Source: Truepera sp.
GTDB lineage: Bacteria > Deinococcota > Deinococci > Deinococcales > Trueperaceae
Reading direction: 5' to 3'
Assembly (NCBI GenBank): GCA_965218435.1
Contig: CBDCKW010000009.1
Location: forward strand, 3,744,001-3,808,000
DNA length: 64,000 nt
Position numbers and translations under genes: made by a program. The notes beneath the pieces are model-generated. The model was given only the letters and a program-made list of their open reading frames with translations. It was not told the DNA's origin and did no database searches. Below, piece after piece: positions 1 through 9,606 of this stretch (positions are counted from its first letter, which is position 1; the number at the start of each line of letters is the position of its first letter).

Positions 1-2
1 AC

Positions 3-383
3 CGGCTCCTGACTTTGGCTGACCTGATAGAACCGGGTGAGTCGGCTCGTCAACAGTTACACCGGTATTACGCAGCCCTAGTGCAAATGAACGAACAGGA
101 GCGCGAATTAACCCGTGTGTTATACTCGAGCCTGCGACACGACGAGCTTCTTGCCCACGAACGTCCCGTCCCCGAGGCGGTGCTGCGTGCCATCCGCGAC
201 GGCCAAGAACACGGTGAGTTCAAACCCGAGGTAGATTTGTTTTTGGCTGCCGAGGTCTTGACTGCCGTCTATTTCGACACGCTTAGTCGGTGGCTGAGCG
301 AGGCCGGACCGCCCTTCAGTCTAGCGAGTGTCTTAGCTGGCAAGCTCAATTTGGTGTTGGTCGGTCTCGAGTCCGTCGCTTGA
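3..383 (+). CDS. TetR/AcrR-family regulator, C-terminal part (5' truncated by window edge)
   Basis: Frame is open to the window edge. The helical segment 'AIRDGQEHGEFKPEVD' is typical of TetR ligand-binding domains. Confidence 0.55.
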   Translation, partial: RLLTLADLIEPGESARQQLHRYYAALVQMNEQERELTRVLYSSLRHDELLAHERPVPEAVLRAIRDGQEHGEFKPEVDLFLAAEVLTAVYFDTLSRWLSEAGPPFSLASVLAGKLNLVLVGLESVA

Positions 384-606
384 GCAGCAGAAACCGTCCG
401 CTGAACCTATGGTTAGAAAATGGAGAATTGATGAGCCGCTACTTGATACAACACAAATTTTCTACCCTTTTATCAGGTTCCGTTAACTGTTGTGCAAGCT
501 TTTAGGTGGCAAGCGACGCAGTTTACAGGTTTTGTTTCAGTTTTATTTTGCTGATCTTTGGTTTTGCAGCTGTACCCTACTTCGGGAGAGTTGCTTTAAC
601 CAATCA

Positions 607-624
607 TTTGCATATATAGTCGCG
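607..624 (+). promoter_or_regulatory. Possible ARG box (ArgR operator) upstream of argF
   Basis: TTTGCATATATAGTCGCG loosely resembles the TGmAT-wwww-ATkCA consensus and lies 50-70 nt before argF. The second half is degenerate. Confidence 0.3.
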
Positions 625-676
625 TTTCCGGGCTTTTATGCCCCAACGCTAGAATAGCTGTGTCTCGAGGTCAACC

Positions 677-1633
677 ATGTCCGTTTTGCCTAAAACACCT
701 GTCATCGTCGAAAGTTTAAGAGGCCGCGACCTGCTCTCGCTGGCCGACCTGACACCGGAAGAGTTCAGCGGTCTGCTAGAGAGCGCACTAACGCTCAAAC
801 AGGCTTGGAAACGCGGCGACCGGCCTAAGCTTTTAGAGCACAAAACGCTGGCGATGATCTTTGAGAAACAGTCTTTGCGGACGCGTTCAACTTTTGATAT
901 TGCCATGTATCAGCTCGGCGGGCACTCGGTCTTGCTGTCACAAAACTATATCGGTTGGGGCGTACGCGAAACGATTCGGGACGTGGCGCATAACCTCGAG
1001 CGTTGGACCGAAGCGATTATGGCCCGCACCTACGGGCACGGGACGCTCTTAGAACTTGTTAAGCACGCCGATATTCCGGTCATCAACGGGCTTTCCGACC
1101 TCTTGCATCCGTGTCAGCTCACGGCGGACTACCTCACCTTAAAAGAGGTCTTCGGCGAACTGATGGGGCTCAAAGTGACGTTTGTGGGCGACGGCAACAA
1201 CGTCTGCAACTCGCATATCAACGCAGCGGCGCTGACCGGCGTCAGTTTAACGGTGGCCTGTCCGGAAGGGTTTGGGCCGGACGCGAAGATATTAGCAGCG
1301 GCCCGTAGTCAAGGCGCTGACGTTGCCATCGTTCACGACCCGCGTGAAGCGGTCACAGGCGCGGATGTGCTCTATACCGACGTGTGGATTTCGATGGGGC
1401 AAGAAGAAGATACCGAGCGCCGCCGTGAAGCGTTCGCGGATTACACCGTGACCTTAGACTGGCTGGATACGCTCTCAGACCGCGGCATTTTCATGCACGA
1501 CCTGCCCGCCCACTACGGCGAAGAGGTGACCGAAGAGGTCGTCTACAGCCCCCGCAGCCGCGTTTTCGACCAAGCCGAAAACCGTCTGCACGCGCACAAA
1601 GCGATCTTGTTTCAACTTCTGCGTGATGAATGA
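677..1633 (+). CDS. argF: Ornithine carbamoyltransferase
   Basis: FEKQSLRT carbamoyl-phosphate motif, HPCQ, GDGNNV, YTDVWISMG, FMHDLP, QAENRLH; in an operon with argC and argJ. Confidence 0.93.
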   Translation: MSVLPKTPVIVESLRGRDLLSLADLTPEEFSGLLESALTLKQAWKRGDRPKLLEHKTLAMIFEKQSLRTRSTFDIAMYQLGGHSVLLSQNYIGWGVRETIRDVAHNLERWTEAIMARTYGHGTLLELVKHADIPVINGLSDLLHPCQLTADYLTLKEVFGELMGLKVTFVGDGNNVCNSHINAAALTGVSLTVACPEGFGPDAKILAAARSQGADVAIVHDPREAVTGADVLYTDVWISMGQEEDTERRREAFADYTVTLDWLDTLSDRGIFMHDLPAHYGEEVTEEVVYSPRSRVFDQAENRLHAHKAILFQLLRDE

Positions 1634-2691
1634 AGCTTAAAGTCGGGATTCTCGGAGCGAGCGGTTACGGGGGTGCGGAACTCCTGCGCCGGTTGCTGAC
1701 GCACCCTCACGTCACGGTGTCGGGCGTCGCCAGTCGGCAGTTTTTAGGGCAGCGTGTCGGTGCATGTTGGCCGCAGCTGATAGGCAATAGTGAATTGATG
1801 TTTGAAGATACCGAGACTGTCATCGCTGGGTGTGACGTTCTCTTTTGTGCCACGCCGCACGCCGAAACCGCGCCACTCGTCAAGCGTGCGTTAGACGCCG
1901 ATAAACGTGTAGTTGACCTGTCGGCGGACTTTCGGCTCTCACCTGAAGATTATGCGGCGTGGTACGGGCCGCATCCGCACCCGGAGCTGTGCGAACGGGC
2001 TGTTTACGGCCTCGTCGAACTGCACCGCGATGAACTTAGAGGTGCCGAGCTGATCGCGGTGCCGGGGTGTAACTCCACCACGGCGAACCTGGCGCTTGTG
2101 CCGCTCGCGGCAAATGGGCTTTTAGGCCACGACATCATCATCAATGTGTTAGCTGGCGTATCGGGCGCGGGCCGGAGTACATCTTTAGAGTTTCACTACC
2201 CGGAGATGAACGAGAACGCCAAACCGTACAAAGTCGCCGGGACGCACCGCCACCTTGCAGAAATCGAAGCGACGCTCGGGCGCGTGCAAACCTACGGCAA
2301 AAAGGTTAAGACGCACGGCGACTTCGCTAAACCCACCGTAAGTTTTACGCCGCACCTTGTTCCGATGACGCGGGGGATTTTAGCGACCTGTATCACGCGG
2401 CCGGAAAAATCAGGGCTCAGTAGCGAGCGGTTGCTCGAGCTCTACCATAATTTCTACAACGGTGAAAAACTCGTGACTGTCCAAACCGACCTTCCCCAAA
2501 CCAAAGCTGTGTACGGCAGTGATCAAACCCTCGTTTCAGTACGGGCCGATGAGCGCACAGGGATGATCTCAGCGTTTGCTACACTTGACAACCTTGGCAA
2601 AGGCGCAGCGGGGCAGGCGGTGCAAGCCTTTAACGTAGCGAACGGCTTCGAGGAGACGACCGGACTTTTTACGCAGGGGGTATGGCCGTGA
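1630..2691 (+). CDS. argC: N-acetyl-gamma-glutamyl-phosphate reductase
   Basis: GASGYGG, DLSADFR, PGC catalytic Cys, GVSGAG, DNLGKGAAGQAVQ; ATGA overlap with argF. Confidence 0.95.
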   Translation: MKLKVGILGASGYGGAELLRRLLTHPHVTVSGVASRQFLGQRVGACWPQLIGNSELMFEDTETVIAGCDVLFCATPHAETAPLVKRALDADKRVVDLSADFRLSPEDYAAWYGPHPHPELCERAVYGLVELHRDELRGAELIAVPGCNSTTANLALVPLAANGLLGHDIIINVLAGVSGAGRSTSLEFHYPEMNENAKPYKVAGTHRHLAEIEATLGRVQTYGKKVKTHGDFAKPTVSFTPHLVPMTRGILATCITRPEKSGLSSERLLELYHNFYNGEKLVTVQTDLPQTKAVYGSDQTLVSVRADERTGMISAFATLDNLGKGAAGQAVQAFNVANGFEETTGLFTQGVWP

Positions 2692-3845
2692 GCCCTACCT
2701 TAACCTTGCCCCAAGGATTCTTAGCTGCTGCCGGAACCGCCGGGATCAAAGCCTCGAGCAAACCCGACTGTGCCCTCATCGTGTCTGATGCGCCGCTCCG
2801 TTGGGCACTCGCGGCAACGACAAATACCCTTAAAGCAGTGTGTGTCACGCGTAACCGAGAGCTTTACCGTGGTGATAAACCTATCCGGGCGGTTGTCATC
2901 AACAGTGGGAACGCCAACTGTGCCACTGGGACGGAGGGCGAGCGAAATAACGAACGGTTTGCTATTGCCGCTGCTACTGCCCTAAACGTCTTAGCTGACG
3001 AAGTGTTGACGGCGAGCACCGGCGTCATAGGAGAGCCTTTGCCGGTGGAGAAGCTCGAGCTTGCCCTCCCTAAAATCTCTTCACAGCTCGAGAACGGCGT
3101 AGAGACCCTAGCCCAAGCCATCTTGACGACCGACCTGGTACAAAAGACCGCTGCAGTCACCCTTCCCGGCGGTGCCCGCATCGTCGGTGTGGCTAAAGGC
3201 TCGGGGATGATTCATCCGAATATGGCGACGATGTTCGGCTTTGTTTTGACTGACGCCGACCTGCCGCAAAAGGCATTACGCACGCTCTGGCCGGAAGTTG
3301 TCGCCCGAAGTTTTAATCAGGTCACGGTAGACGGCGACACCTCACCGAACGACATGGCGTTTTTGCTCGCCACCCCGCACGTCAACGTTGACGAAGCCGA
3401 GTTTGCTGAGGGGTTGCTCGAAATTACACAAAGCCTCGCCAAACAGATTGCCGGAGACGGCGAAGGGGCGACGAAACTTCTCACTGTTGAGGTCACTGGT
3501 GCAGAGAGTGACGCCGAAGCGCGGCGGGCAGCGCGGGCCGTCGTCCTCAGTCCACTTGTTAAATCAGCGGCGCACGGCAACGACCCGAATTGGGGCCGTA
3601 TTTTGAGCAGTGTCGGGGCGACGGGGGTAGAGATGGCGTTGTCCAGCTTAAGTATTGAGCTTCAAGGCACGCTGGTCTATAAGGGAACGCCACAACCGTT
3701 TGACGCAGCTGAAGTTTCTAGGACGATGGACGCGCCCGAACTGCTCATCCGGGTAAATTTAGGCGTTGGCACTGGTACGGGCACCGCCTGGGGGTGCGAT
3801 TTGACCGCTGATTACGTTCGTATCAATGCGGATTATCACACCTAA
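2688..3845 (+). CDS. argJ: Ornithine acetyltransferase / glutamate N-acetyltransferase
   Basis: NSGNANC, KGSGMIHPNMATM autoproteolysis motif, DGDTSPND, DGEGATK, YVRINADY. Start is either GTG 2688 (GTGA overlap) or ATG 2682. Confidence 0.95.
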   Translation: MSPTLTLPQGFLAAAGTAGIKASSKPDCALIVSDAPLRWALAATTNTLKAVCVTRNRELYRGDKPIRAVVINSGNANCATGTEGERNNERFAIAAATALNVLADEVLTASTGVIGEPLPVEKLELALPKISSQLENGVETLAQAILTTDLVQKTAAVTLPGGARIVGVAKGSGMIHPNMATMFGFVLTDADLPQKALRTLWPEVVARSFNQVTVDGDTSPNDMAFLLATPHVNVDEAEFAEGLLEITQSLAKQIAGDGEGATKLLTVEVTGAESDAEARRAARAVVLSPLVKSAAHGNDPNWGRILSSVGATGVEMALSSLSIELQGTLVYKGTPQPFDAAEVSRTMDAPELLIRVNLGVGTGTGTAWGCDLTADYVRINADYHT

Positions 3846-3961
3846 AAATAAGTGTTTAGCGTCTTTGCCTAGAGGAGCAGATCGGGGCTCGAGGTTTGCA
3901 GATAGCGGCGTCCGTAAAACTTTAGACACAACCTTGCCTCGAGAAGCTGTTTACTAGAGGT

Positions 3962-4705
3962 ATGAAACGACTCGTCAGTGTGCTGCTCGTCAGTTTGCTT
4001 AGCTTCAGCTTTGCTTATACCCCAAGCACCTACAGCAGTCTGCTGGGGAAATATGTCGTTGACAGTGGCTTTGTAAATTACGACGCTTGGAAGGCCAATC
4101 CGGATGACGTGGCCAAGTTACAGGGGTTCGCTGCTGAAATGGCCGACTATGACCCCAGCGGCTTAGAACGTGAGGCAGAACTCGCTTTTTGGATCAACGC
4201 GTATAACGCACTCACCTTAAACGAGGTCTTAAAGCGTTATCCGTTAGAGACCGTCCGGCCCAGCTTTTTAGGTCTGCCCATCACCACTTTTTTTACTAAG
4301 GAGTCGCACACTGTAGGTGGTAAAACCTACAGTTTAGACGACATCGAAAATAACGTGTTGCGCAAGCTGGGCGAGCCCCGGATTCACTTTGCGATCAACT
4401 GCGCGTCGCAGAGCTGCCCGGTGCTGCGTCCCGAAGCCTACCGTGCCGGGGTCCTGAGCCAGCAGTTAGACGAGCAGGCCGTTACGTTTGTCAATGACCC
4501 CGCGCGTAACCGCTTCGACGCTGCAACGGATCAAGCGAGTCTGAGCAAAATTTTTGACTGGTTTAAGGGAGACTTCGACGCGGTTGGCGGCGTACCCAGC
4601 TTCCTGAGCCAATTCGCCACCGGCGACGCCAAAACGGTGCTGGAAAGTAGTGACCTGAAAATCAGCTATCTCCCCTACAATTGGGGGCTCAACCGGGCAC
4701 AATAA
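3962..4705 (+). CDS. Secreted DUF547-domain protein
   Basis: Signal peptide; AFWINAYNA, PRIHFAINCASQSCP, LSKIFDWF, YNWGLN. Confidence 0.85.
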   Translation: MKRLVSVLLVSLLSFSFAYTPSTYSSLLGKYVVDSGFVNYDAWKANPDDVAKLQGFAAEMADYDPSGLEREAELAFWINAYNALTLNEVLKRYPLETVRPSFLGLPITTFFTKESHTVGGKTYSLDDIENNVLRKLGEPRIHFAINCASQSCPVLRPEAYRAGVLSQQLDEQAVTFVNDPARNRFDAATDQASLSKIFDWFKGDFDAVGGVPSFLSQFATGDAKTVLESSDLKISYLPYNWGLNRAQ

Positions 4706-4960
4706 CGCGTCTCTCTCACCTAGCAACGCCCCTATTACTTCTGCGCTAGGTCTGTAACGGTGAACTCGAGCTTAACCTCGCGTCGCATTGTACTTGCGTC
4801 TGTGACGGCTTATAAGGCTATAAAACTTATTCTAACAAAAGCCTAAGACGAAAGTAAAGCCGCTCCCACCTCTGCATCACGCTCTTTACACCGCACTGAG
4901 AACGCTGACTCACCCACGGGTTTTACGATTGCTTCTGTTGGGTGCAGAAAGCACTCCAAG

Positions 4961-6325
4961 GTGAGGAGCATAACGATGAATATGAGAGCACGGTCAAAAG
5001 TACTGTTACCCTTATCGCTGACGGCGCTGTTAGCCGGGGGCGGTATGTTGTATTCGCAGTACGGAACCCCACTCGGAACCTACGCGCAGGCGCAGAGTGA
5101 GCACAGCGTTACGGCCATTCAACCGTTAGACCAAAAGCAGGCACTCTTACAAGACGAGACCAACACCATTGACATCGTTAAGACCTACGGGCCAAGTGTG
5201 GTGTCGGTGAACGTCAGTATTCCGGCGCAGCCTGCTTCCGGAATGCAGGGCGGACAAGGGCAGCTGCAAATACCGCCGCAGTTTCGGCAGTTTTTTCAGC
5301 AGTTTGGCGGGCAGTTCGGGCCTGGTTTCGGCGGACAGTTCGGCCAACCGGGGCAACCCGCTGAGCAGGGCGCAGGCAGCGGTTTTGTCGTAGACCAGCA
5401 GGGTCAGCTGATGACGAACTACCACGTGGTAAAAGACGCGCTTAAAGCGAATAGCACGGCGCTTAAACGGGGCGCGAAACTGACGGTCACGTTTACCGGG
5501 AGCAAGGCTGACTTGCCGGTGAAAGTCATCGGCGTCAATCCCTCTTATGACCTCGCGCTGTTAGAGCTGACGAACAAAAACGACCTGCCCAAAGGCGTTC
5601 AGCCTATCGGGATTGCGAACTCAAACAGCACCCAAGTTGGGCAAAAAGTGGTGGCCATCGGCAACCCGTTCGGCCTCGAGTCTACCGTCACGACCGGTAT
5701 TATTTCGGCTATCGGCCGCGATTTTACCTCGGTCGGGCAATTTAACTTTCCGGTGATCCAGACAGACGCCCCGATCAACCCCGGCAACTCGGGTGGCCCG
5801 CTGTTAGATTCGCAAGGTCAACTCGTCGGCATCAACGCGGCGATCTTGCCGGGAGTTGGGCCGGACGGTCAAGGGGCCTTTTTGGGGATCGGCTTCGCCA
5901 TTCCCAGCAACGTCGTGTCGCAAAACTTGGCGAGCCTTGAAAAAGGCGGCTTTACGGACGTTTACAGCAGCAAACCCCGAATGGGCGTGCAGGTGCAGGA
6001 CGTCTCGAGCTATCCTGACGGTCTGCGCAACTCGCTCGGTCTGCCGAATACAGGTGAACTCGTCATCTCGGTCGAACCGGGGAGCCCCGCTGCCAAAGCC
6101 GGTCTTAAAGGAAGCCAATTTACAGTCAACGTTGACGGTCAACAGCTGCCTGCGGGCGGTGATGTGATCGTCTCGGTTGACGGACAAAAACTCTCTGACA
6201 GCCAAAACCTGCAAAACGTCATCTTTGCTAAAAAAGCTGGCGATACGGTCAAACTCGGTATCGTCCGTGGGGGCAAAGACCAGACGCTGACAGTGAAGCT
6301 CGAGGTTGTGCCGCTTAAAAGCTAG
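4961..6325 (+). CDS. htrA: HtrA/DegP-family serine protease with PDZ domain
   Basis: GSGFV, TNYHVV, DLALL, IQTDAPINPGNSGGPL, C-terminal PDZ. True start is probably ATG 4976 or 4982 after AGGAG. Confidence 0.92.
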   Translation: MRSITMNMRARSKVLLPLSLTALLAGGGMLYSQYGTPLGTYAQAQSEHSVTAIQPLDQKQALLQDETNTIDIVKTYGPSVVSVNVSIPAQPASGMQGGQGQLQIPPQFRQFFQQFGGQFGPGFGGQFGQPGQPAEQGAGSGFVVDQQGQLMTNYHVVKDALKANSTALKRGAKLTVTFTGSKADLPVKVIGVNPSYDLALLELTNKNDLPKGVQPIGIANSNSTQVGQKVVAIGNPFGLESTVTTGIISAIGRDFTSVGQFNFPVIQTDAPINPGNSGGPLLDSQGQLVGINAAILPGVGPDGQGAFLGIGFAIPSNVVSQNLASLEKGGFTDVYSSKPRMGVQVQDVSSYPDGLRNSLGLPNTGELVISVEPGSPAAKAGLKGSQFTVNVDGQQLPAGGDVIVSVDGQKLSDSQNLQNVIFAKKAGDTVKLGIVRGGKDQTLTVKLEVVPLKS

Positions 6326-6350
6326 CCGCATAAAGCAAAACGTCAGACAG

Positions 6351-6380
6351 AAAGCTGAGGCTTCGGCCTTAGCTTTTTTT
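6351..6380 (+). terminator. Rho-independent terminator
   Basis: AAAGCTGAGGC-TTCG-GCCTTAGCTTT stem running into a T-tract, just after htrA. Confidence 0.85.
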
Positions 6381-6626
6381 GTGATAACCTATCCCAAACA
6401 CCTGACCTGCTTTACTATGCCTGCAATGATCAAGGTACCTTGCATAAAGGTAATGATGCTCAGAACGGCCGCGCTGTTTATGCAGTGGTTGGGCCGGTTG
6501 AACGCGCAATGCAGACATCTCGAAGTTGCAAAAGGTACACTACCAACAGCCAACCATCGCAATGTTTTCAAAACACTTTTGCTGCTTGCAAACTTCTCGT
6601 TTCTAAAAGTAGTTTGATCCCCATAC

Positions 6627-7898
6627 TCAACCTTTCACGCCTCCTGTTGTGTACTGGGCTGTAAGCGCGTTCTGAAAGGCGTAGAAGATAACCAAGATAG
6701 GTAGGCTGCCCAGCACGGCGCTAGCGGCGAGCGTACCCCACTGGGTTGCAAGAGCATTTGAGGCAAGCGCCCTTAAACCTAGTCCCACCGTCCACTTGTC
6801 GTTGCTGGTAATGAGCACGTTCGCCAGCAAAAATTCGCTATACGTGCCGATAAACTGTAAGAGAAAAATGAAGAGCAACATAGGCACGCTGATGGGTAGG
6901 ATAATGCGCCAAAACGCGCCCCAACGGGTTGCGCCGTCAACCATGGCAGCTTCTTCGAGACTCGAGCTGATCGACTCCAAGTATCCCTTAAAAATCCACG
7001 ACGAAAAAGCGATGGCTCCCCCCGAGTAGGCTAGAATGAGGCCCGCGTAGGTGTTTAAGAGACCGAGGTAATTCATCAGGTAAAAAATCGCCACGAGCGC
7101 CATAAAGCTCGGAAACATCTGAGCAAAAACAAATGTGAGCAGTGTTCCGTGCCGACCGCTAAACCTCATCCGCGCAAACGCGTAGCCAGCTGTCGTGCTG
7201 ATAAATACCGCGAACAAGCCCGTGAGTCCTGAAACGAGCAACGTGTTGCGGATGTAAAGCACCATCATGCCGCCGCTCGAGGCGCGGAGCCGCTGACCAC
7301 TCGGGCTAAGCGTGTAAAACTGTCCTGCACCGATACTCAACACGAGCGCCGCTACGAAAAGCAAAGTAGCCCAGCCGCTATAGCTGCGTAGACGCTCCGT
7401 CCAACCCCACCGCTGAACGATGCCTAGCGACAAAAATATGAGTGCAAAGAACAGTGCAAAGCCGATGATAAGCCACTGATAACCGTTGAGGTGTGTGTCA
7501 CCAAGAACCCTTTGATATTGAACCAGCGAGAAATCAGCGGGATTCGGCAGGACACCGGAACGGACGAGCAGATTGCCTTCGCGCGGCGGCACAGTAGCCA
7601 GCGCATTGTTCCGGTTGAACGATACCCCGATGAGATAAATCACCGGGTATAGCGTCGAAAGTACGGCGACCCATAAAAACAGGTGTTTGCAGGCGGTGAC
7701 GGCGTAATTCACAGCCTTGCGTGGCTTGGTGGCGCGCCCATACAGATAAGAGGCTAAAGCGACCACCCCTGTGACCAGGACGAACCCGGCTAAAAACCAG
7801 GCCCAGCCGTTGGGAACGACGATGAACCGGCCCGCCGTCTCCTGCTGCGCGGCAGCGTAAGAAAGCGACAGGACTATCAGAACAGCAAAGCGCCTCAT
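6627..7898 (-). CDS. Sugar ABC transporter permease (MalG/GanQ-like)
   Basis: EAA motif 'LEEAAMVDGATRW', multiple TM helices, C-terminal 'TGGVKG'. Confidence 0.9.
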   Translation of the reverse strand: MRRFAVLIVLSLSYAAAQQETAGRFIVVPNGWAWFLAGFVLVTGVVALASYLYGRATKPRKAVNYAVTACKHLFLWVAVLSTLYPVIYLIGVSFNRNNALATVPPREGNLLVRSGVLPNPADFSLVQYQRVLGDTHLNGYQWLIIGFALFFALIFLSLGIVQRWGWTERLRSYSGWATLLFVAALVLSIGAGQFYTLSPSGQRLRASSGGMMVLYIRNTLLVSGLTGLFAVFISTTAGYAFARMRFSGRHGTLLTFVFAQMFPSFMALVAIFYLMNYLGLLNTYAGLILAYSGGAIAFSSWIFKGYLESISSSLEEAAMVDGATRWGAFWRIILPISVPMLLFIFLLQFIGTYSEFLLANVLITSNDKWTVGLGLRALASNALATQWGTLAASAVLGSLPILVIFYAFQNALTAQYTTGGVKG

Positions 7899-9499
7899 AC
7901 GTTAGGTTCCTCCTTGAGCGCCCCGGTGACGCGGAAGTTGATCAGGCTCACGGCCAGCGTAATGACGAAAATCAAGATGGAGATGGCCGAACTCAGCCCG
8001 TAAGCGAAGCCACCTTGTGAGCGGAACGCCTCGTTGTAGGCCCATGAGATTAAGATATCGGTCGCCCTCGCGGTCGAAGTACCCCCCGCGTAGGCGGGCC
8101 CGCCGTCGGTAAGCAAAAAGATCACATTGAAGTTATTAAAGCCGACGGCAAAACTGGTCAGGGCGATAGGCACGAGTGCGTTACGCAGTAGCGGCGAGGT
8201 AACGCTCCAAAAGCTCTGCCAAGCTGAGGCCCCGTCGATACGCGCAGCCTCGTAAAGTTCGCTGGGGATGGCCGAAAGTGCGCTCAACGTGGCTGTCATC
8301 ATAAACGGGAAGCTGAGCCATAAGTTGACGAGCAGCACCGCTGCTTTCGCTGCCGTCGGGTCGCCCAGCCAGTTGATAACCGGCAGGTCAAAGAGGGCAA
8401 AAAGGCGGTTGATTGCGCCGAAGTTGTAGTTGAATAACCCACGCCAAATCTGAATGGTGATAACCGCCGGGAGCGCCCAGGGAATAATCAGCAGGGTGCG
8501 GTAGAGGTTTCGCAGCCGCAGTTCCGGGTCGTTGAGAAGCACGGCCAAAAAGACGCCGACGATGATATTGATAACGACTGTAAGAGTGGCAAAAGAAAGA
8601 TTCCAGACAAATATCGGTAGCAGCGAACGGCTCGCCTGAGCTAAAATCGTACGAAAGTTGTTCAGCCCGACCCAGCTAAAATCGTTGTAGCGGGTGACTG
8701 AGGTATACGTCAACCCTTCAGGGAGCGGCGCGCTCAGCGTTAAGGTGTCGCCCTCAACTGAGGTAACGCGGCGTTCGAGCCCAACCCCTGCGAGCGTCAG
8801 CGCCACAGTATCTAAATTGACCTCGCCGGGAGGCGTGCGGCCCAAGGTGAGCTGATTGCCGTCCACCGCCGTAACTGGGAACTGTGCGCGGATACCGAAC
8901 TCGGACAGCTCGAGTTCGGCGGCGCTGACTGCGCGCCCTGCTGGTGGTGCCGGGTCAACAGTCAGCGTGTCCCCCTCGAGGCTCACCCCACGGGTAGGAA
9001 AGGCACCGGCTGCTGTAAGCCTCACCCGTACGCCGTCACAGCCCCGGTAGAGGGCGTCACAGCGGAGCGATTCGGCGGATTCAAGCTGAACACTCGAGCC
9101 TTGAGCGGTAGTGATCGCCGTTTCTGTGGTCGGGTTGAGCTGCGTATTACGGTTCCCGGCATAATCGGTAAAGGCCAAAAAGATTGTGAGACCGACCGGC
9201 ATAATTGTAAAAGTAAGTAAGAACAGCAGCGACGGCAGCAGGTAGTACCACGGCATGATCCAAACAAAACGCCGCGCGACCCAGGCAAGCACCAGAACGA
9301 GCGCCAGTACGCCGATGATCAACCCCACATAGACAGGAGTGGCCGGGAGCAGCTGCTGGAGTAGCCAGGTACCTAGTACGGCGACCCCACTGGCAACAGC
9401 TAAAGCTGCGAATAAAAGCCCGATGGACGCCCAAAAGCTTGCGTGCGTGCCTCGAACTTTCTTGGGCAGATAATCCTTGGGAGACCGGGAAATGTCGAT
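7895..9499 (-). CDS. Sugar ABC transporter permease (MalF/GanP-like), probable ATC start
   Basis: EAA motif 'LYEAARIDGAS', FNNF, TDILIS. The frame extends 57 codons upstream of GTG 9328 to ATC 9499, which has AGGAG 6 nt upstream. Confidence 0.88.
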   Translation of the reverse strand: MDISRSPKDYLPKKVRGTHASFWASIGLLFAALAVASGVAVLGTWLLQQLLPATPVYVGLIIGVLALVLVLAWVARRFVWIMPWYYLLPSLLFLLTFTIMPVGLTIFLAFTDYAGNRNTQLNPTTETAITTAQGSSVQLESAESLRCDALYRGCDGVRVRLTAAGAFPTRGVSLEGDTLTVDPAPPAGRAVSAAELELSEFGIRAQFPVTAVDGNQLTLGRTPPGEVNLDTVALTLAGVGLERRVTSVEGDTLTLSAPLPEGLTYTSVTRYNDFSWVGLNNFRTILAQASRSLLPIFVWNLSFATLTVVINIIVGVFLAVLLNDPELRLRNLYRTLLIIPWALPAVITIQIWRGLFNYNFGAINRLFALFDLPVINWLGDPTAAKAAVLLVNLWLSFPFMMTATLSALSAIPSELYEAARIDGASAWQSFWSVTSPLLRNALVPIALTSFAVGFNNFNVIFLLTDGGPAYAGGTSTARATDILISWAYNEAFRSQGGFAYGLSSAISILIFVITLAVSLINFRVTGALKEEPNV

Positions 9500-9606
9500 G
9501 CTGAACTCCTTTCTGGTTTTGTCGTGTCAAACGTTGCCTGAGAAAGCCGCGAGAGCGGGAACCTCTCGCAGCTTCGTGTCCTCTGTTTCGTCAATAACTG
9601 CAGTGC

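Noticed and set aside
5270..5370. QFGG-type repeats in htrA
   Set aside because: Low-complexity linker at the usual variable loop of HtrA proteins.
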